The notes under the pieces: generated by a model
Database searches by the model: none
What the model was told of the DNA's origin: nothing
What the model saw: only the letters and a program-made list of their open reading frames with translations
In this document: in pieces, positions 6,661-9,382 of the stretch
Numbering within the stretch: the stretch's first letter is position 1
How the letters are laid out: each line of letters starts with the position of its first letter
Translations under genes and position numbers: made by a program
From: a virus
Lineage: Duplodnaviria; Heunggongvirae; Uroviricota; Caudoviricetes
Reading direction: 5' to 3' (one strand)
DNA: 9,382 nt
Virus record (IMG/VR): IMGVR_UViG_2740892235_000008

Positions 6661-6689
6661 TTGATTTTCCTTTTATGTATACGGGCTTA

Positions 6690-6803
6690 AAAGGATACCA
6701 CCGAGCCTGAAGTGGTGAAAAGACAGGCACATAACAGCTAAGTATTTTCAACCAGAGAGAATCCTTAGCGTTGTGGTGAATGCGGCTCAGCGCACGCGGG
6801 TTA
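6690..6803. repeat. conserved right-flank element, copy A (6725-6803 identical to 8930-9008; 6690-6724 similar with SNPs to 8896-8929)
   Basis: Direct comparison of the two stretches; copy A is truncated by the gap at 6804. Confidence 0.6.
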
Positions 6804-6813
6804 NNNNNNNNNN
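6804..6813. other. assembly gap (10 N)
   Basis: Run of n characters. Confidence 0.95.
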
Positions 6814-7128
6814 TTCCAGCAGGCGTTGGTTGATATCGGCGTTGTCCACATCCTCGACGTCAGGAAGAGACACAAAGACGCCATTTGCAGACTGCGCCAC
6901 TGCGTCAGCAATGAAGTGAGTTCCACCAGCACGTTGCAAAATCATTGCCCATCCCAGCGGGAAAATCTGATCGCCATCGGCACGAAGGCGGTTAAATAAT
7001 GCGTTCTCTGTTACATCCAGCCAGTCAGCTGCTTCAGCGTAACCACCCGGCAACTTTGCGATAGTTTTTCTGACAGCTTTCACGTACCACTCAGGCTGTT
7101 TTTCTACTTTCCAGTGATGCTTACCCAC
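6814..7128 (-). CDS. cII-like regulator, second copy, N-terminal part (3' end cut by gap)
   Basis: GTG 7126-7128 with GAGG Shine-Dalgarno 6 nt upstream; translation nearly identical to 4139-4690 (one A to K change seen). 6814-7128 repeats 4376-4690. Confidence 0.55.
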
Positions 7129-7165
7129 GGTTAGCCTCATCGTTCTGTGGTTTCTGTTAATCGAT

Positions 7166-7366
7166 TTATCCATTAGATTTTTCATAAAGCTCAGGTTTAA
7201 ATGGCAACCGTCCGCAAGTTCTATATGCAGCTTCTGCTGCACGTCCTTTTGGAATTAACTGGCCCGGACGGTTTCGCCACTGATAAACGGCTTCAGTTGT
7301 TATGCCGAAAAAAGCAGCAACTTTCTCAATACTGCCGAAGTAGCTTTCGATATCGTCAGTTGTCAT
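7166..7366 (-). CDS. cro: Cro-like small HTH protein (66 aa), immunity module 2
   Basis: ATG 7364-7366 preceded by TTTGGAGGGCGT, the same leader as cro-1. Translation …SIEKVAAFFGITTEAVYQWRNRPGQLIPKGRAAEAAY is a Cro/YdaS-type HTH pattern. Divergent from cI-2. Confidence 0.65.
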   Translation of the reverse strand: MTTDDIESYFGSIEKVAAFFGITTEAVYQWRNRPGQLIPKGRAAEAAYRTCGRLPFKPELYEKSNG

Positions 7367-7463
7367 ACGCCCTCCAAACTAAGTTTTGTTAGATGCTAAT
7401 TACAAATCTATCTTTGGTCAATAAAAACTAAGATTACTTAGCAATTAAAGAAATGGTGCTCCT
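7367..7463. promoter_or_regulatory. divergent promoter/operator region of immunity module 2
   Basis: Contains 14-bp dyads CTAAGTTTTGTTAG (7379-7392) and CTAAGATTACTTAG (7428-7441); consensus CTAAG-N4-sTTAG, unrelated to the module 1 operator motif. Confidence 0.5.
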
Positions 7464-8090
7464 ATGGAAACGGTTGGTCAGCGTATAAAAGCTCTGAGAA
7501 GAGTTACCAGAACGTCCCAGAAAGAATTGGGTAAATTTTGTGGAGTAAGCGACGTTGCTGTGGGGTACTGGGAGAAAGACATCAATACCCCTGGCGGGGA
7601 GGCACTTTCGAAATTAGCGAAGTTCTTCAATACGTCAATAGATTACATTCTTTATGGTGCTGAGTTTGAAGGCAAACTCGTCACAAACATGCGCAGAGTT
7701 CCTGTAATATCGTGGGTTCAGGCTGGGCAGTTTACTGAGTGCAGGGCAGCAGAAGTGTTTAGTGAAGTGGACAAGTGGGTAGATACATCATTAAAGGTTG
7801 GTGATAACTCATTTGCATTAGAGGTTAAAGGTGACTCCATGACTAACCCTAATGGCCTCCCAACAATACCAGAAGGCGCAACAGTGATTGTAGATCCAGA
7901 TGCAGAACCTCGTCATGGAAAAATAGTCATCGCTCGACTTGATGGAACAAACGAAGCTACAGTAAAAAAATTAGTCATCGATGGCCCTCAAAAGTTTTTA
8001 GTGCCATTAAATCCTCGGTATCCCAACATCCCTATCAATGGTAATTGCCTTATCATTGGTGTAGTCAAAGGAGTTCAATACGAACTCTAA
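7464..8090 (+). CDS. cI: CI-like phage repressor 2 (HTH plus S24 autopeptidase), 208 aa
   Basis: Translation has HTH (IKALRRVTRTSQKELGKFCGVSDVAVGYWEKD) and the S24 motifs GDSM … KKL. Sequence is unrelated to cI-1 apart from fold-level motifs. Confidence 0.9.
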   Translation: METVGQRIKALRRVTRTSQKELGKFCGVSDVAVGYWEKDINTPGGEALSKLAKFFNTSIDYILYGAEFEGKLVTNMRRVPVISWVQAGQFTECRAAEVFSEVDKWVDTSLKVGDNSFALEVKGDSMTNPNGLPTIPEGATVIVDPDAEPRHGKIVIARLDGTNEATVKKLVIDGPQKFLVPLNPRYPNIPINGNCLIIGVVKGVQYEL

Positions 8091-8112
8091 GATCTCTCTT
8101 CTCTAACTAAGG

Positions 8113-8145
8113 CACCGAACTAAGAAAAGTTTGGTGTTTTCTCTT
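8113..8145 (+). terminator. rho-independent terminator downstream of cI-2
   Basis: CACCGAAC-(8-nt loop)-GTTTGGTG, an 8-bp stem with one G-U pair, followed by TTTTCTCTT. Confidence 0.55.
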
Positions 8146-8172
8146 GCCATGATAACTAAGTTAAGTTAGATT
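8144..8172 (+). promoter_or_regulatory. candidate OL/pL of module 2: -35 TTGCCA (8144-8149), 17-bp spacer containing operator CTAAGTTAAGTTAG (8156-8169), -10 TAGATT (8167-8172)
   Basis: The operator matches the module 2 OR dyad consensus; promoter hexamers read directly. Confidence 0.4.
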
Positions 8173-8185
8173 TTATATCAAAGAT

Positions 8186-8250
8186 AACGAACAGGCAGGA
8201 CGCCCACGAAGTAGCCGCCTGGGGCATATGAAGTCCAGGATGATTCGTTA
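8186..8250 (+). ncRNA. conserved 65-nt structured element, copy 2
   Basis: See copy 1; starts only about 6-8 nt after the predicted pL2 transcription start. Confidence 0.4.
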
Positions 8251-8254
8251 GCAA

Positions 8255-8279
8255 CAAAAAAGCGCCCTACAGGACGCTT
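8255..8279 (-). terminator. rho-independent terminator for the convergent cargo gene (possibly bidirectional)
   Basis: On the minus-strand RNA: AGCGUCC-UGUA-GGGCGCU (7-bp stem, one G-U) followed by UUUUUU. On the plus strand the same hairpin has one C-A mismatch. Confidence 0.65.
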
Positions 8280-8317
8280 AGCTCTTTAACAATCAGGATA
8301 TCCACAACAGTAGTAAT

Positions 8318-8809
8318 CTACAGATTGCCGTTAAGTTTTCTGGACAACTCCTCAATGGATGGAGGCGATACGTAATCCGGATTTTTATTCATCAGAAACT
8401 TATTTTCACAGTGGAGGCACCTGCTTTTATGAAAAAGCTCATCTTCGCTAACCGGGAATGGTTGAAGTATCGATACTATCTTTTGTCCAAAACATTTTGG
8501 GCAAAGATGCATGGTTATGCTGCCACCGTTCACGATTACCTCCTTCGAGTATACAAAAGTACCCGACTCAAGTTGGTTAAGGATATAGCCTTCCGTCTGA
8601 GCCTCAAAGTTTTCGAATTCTGCAATTTTAGCTTTGAGAGAAGCATTTATTTCTTGATAAGAGCCCACCAGTTCAACGAGAGACACGCATTCGCGCTGAA
8701 TAGACGCAAGCTTTGAGTTCAGCTCACCAATAGCCGCATTTACTTCAGCTTGAGTTTTTGCCTCGTTCATTAGTTTTGCAATCTGGGCTGTTTCACGAAT
8801 AGCCGTCAT
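8318..8809 (-). CDS. hypothetical cargo protein, about 163 aa: N-terminal predicted coiled coil, C-terminal CxxC…CxxC zinc-ribbon-like motif
   Basis: In-frame ATG 8807-8809 (MTAIRETAQIAKLMNEAKTQAEV…) is the first start downstream of the shared flank; the ORF-track start at 9097 would read through the shared flank. The Shine-Dalgarno is weak and a later ATG at 8768-8770 (MNEAK) is possible. C-terminal …HLCPKCFGQKIV…CLHCENKF…; stop 8318-8320; own terminator at 8255-8279. Confidence 0.5.
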   Translation of the reverse strand: MTAIRETAQIAKLMNEAKTQAEVNAAIGELNSKLASIQRECVSLVELVGSYQEINASLKAKIAEFENFEAQTEGYILNQLESGTFVYSKEVIVNGGSITMHLCPKCFGQKIVSILQPFPVSEDELFHKSRCLHCENKFLMNKNPDYVSPPSIEELSRKLNGNL

Positions 8810-8847
8810 TGCTGCCGTTAATTCAGCGATCACATTGAATACTCTTA

Positions 8848-8901
8848 TTGTTGTTGGGGATATCCAGATTAACCGAATCCTTGTTGTTGGGGAATAACCA
8901 G
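8848..8901. repeat. two about 20-bp direct repeats TTGTTGTTGGGGA(T/A)A(T/A)CCAG (8848-8867, 8881-8901) upstream of the cargo gene start
   Basis: Direct reading. Lies in the putative promoter region of the minus-strand gene, 33-bp period. Confidence 0.5.
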
Positions 8902-9008
8902 GTCCACCTCGCCTGATGTGGCTAAAAGCAGGCACATAACAGCTAAGTATTTTCAACCAGAGAGAATCCTTAGCGTTGTGGTGAATGCGGCTCAGCGCAC
9001 GCGGGTTA
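8896..9008. repeat. conserved right-flank element, copy B
   Basis: 8930-9008 identical to 6725-6803; preceding about 34 bp similar with SNPs. Confidence 0.6.
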
Positions 9009-9120
9009 AGGTTGAGGCTGACAGTCGACCTTCTGTGGATACCCACCCGCCTGGTGTGCAACCTTCGCCAGGCACCGGGAGGCACCCGGCACCACAACTT
9101 TATGCTGTGTGTAGTCCTGG

Positions 9121-9166
9121 CGGTACCAGTTTGTACCCTTGCTTCCGGCTGGTACCGTCCTTTTTT
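9121..9166 (+). terminator. large hairpin plus T-tract (CGGTACCAG-N19-CTGGTACCG then TCCTTTTTT); candidate plus-strand terminator
   Basis: 9-bp perfect inverted repeat followed by a T6 run. An allelic copy at 9258-9304 keeps the stem and carries a CTCTTTTT tract. Confidence 0.5.
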
Positions 9167-9247
9167 GCAAAACAGAGAAGAGCATCACCGGACGACGGGC
9201 TCATAACCCAATCCATCCGGGCGGCTGCCACCGCAGGTGTTCTTCTC

Positions 9248-9257
9248 NNNNNNNNNN
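9248..9257. other. assembly gap (10 N)
   Basis: Run of n characters; 9119-9247 and 9258-9382 are near-identical. Confidence 0.95.
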
Positions 9258-9382
9258 TGTACCAGTTTGTACCCTTGCTTCCGGCTGGTACCGCTCTTTT
9301 TACAAAACAGAGAAGAGCATCACCGGACGACGGGCTCATAACCCAATCCATCCGGGCGGCTGCCACCGCAGGTGTTCTTCTC

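Noticed and set aside
6725-6803. Shared 79-bp flank considered as a tRNA or att core
   Set aside because: No cloverleaf can be drawn (no acceptor stem with matching 3' end, no T-loop GTTC-type motif) and no integrase is adjacent; treated as a conserved intergenic or promoter segment.
6787-7242. 151-aa minus ORF extending the cII-like copy upstream to 7242 and through the gap
   Set aside because: The upstream extension lacks a ribosome-binding site and runs into cro-2; the SD-supported GTG at 7126-7128 matches the first copy. The 3' part crosses the N run.
7201-7392. Plus-strand 63-aa ORF
   Set aside because: Antisense to cro-2 and crossing the operator region.
8411-8716. Plus-strand 101-aa ORF
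   Set aside because: Antisense inside the cargo gene; no start context; lies between convergent terminators.
8318-9097. Long 259-aa version of the cargo ORF
   Set aside because: The upstream 96 codons read through the direct repeats and the shared flank, which also precedes an unrelated gene in module 1; I take the internal ATG at 8807-8809 as the start.
8985-9366. ORFs 8985-9206 (plus), 9006-9188 (minus) and 9100-9366 (minus)
   Set aside because: GC-rich hairpin region; the reading frames cross strong stem-loops and the N run and give Arg/Pro/Gly-rich low-complexity translations.
1-9382. CRISPR array or rRNA
   Set aside because: No regularly spaced repeat-spacer structure and no rRNA-like conserved blocks. 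The only tandem repeats are the 15-bp iterons inside a coding region and the two operator or promoter direct repeats.

Overview
This window is a scaffold-like patchwork of the early/immunity region of lambdoid (enterobacterial-type) prophage(s), not one clean contiguous locus. Seven 10-N runs (891-900, 1141-1150, 1504-1513, 2777-2786, 3631-3640, 6804-6813, 9248-9257) separate segments whose ends mostly repeat each other with scattered SNPs, so at least two closely related prophage alleles appear to be interleaved. The minus strand carries an early-right-type operon: cro-like, cII-like, a small ORF, an O-like replication initiator with internal iterons, a PerC-like regulator, a LexA-DNA-binding-domain-only homolog, RusA and a KilA-N protein. 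Two different immunity modules (cro/cI pair 1 at 4683-5733, pair 2 at 7166-8090) have distinct operator motifs but share their flanks. Downstream of each cI lie a terminator, an operator-bearing promoter, a shared 65-nt element whose stem is kept by compensatory substitutions, and then a variable cargo slot ending in a shared 79-bp right flank. Cargo 1 is a small ClpX-type zinc-finger protein plus two convergent overlapping small ORFs; cargo 2 is a single convergent 163-aa coiled-coil/zinc-ribbon ORF with its own terminator. These cargo slots and the 65-nt element are the best candidates for undescribed biology. No rRNA, tRNA or CRISPR array was seen. All protein family calls are from reading translations against remembered family signatures; no database search was run.
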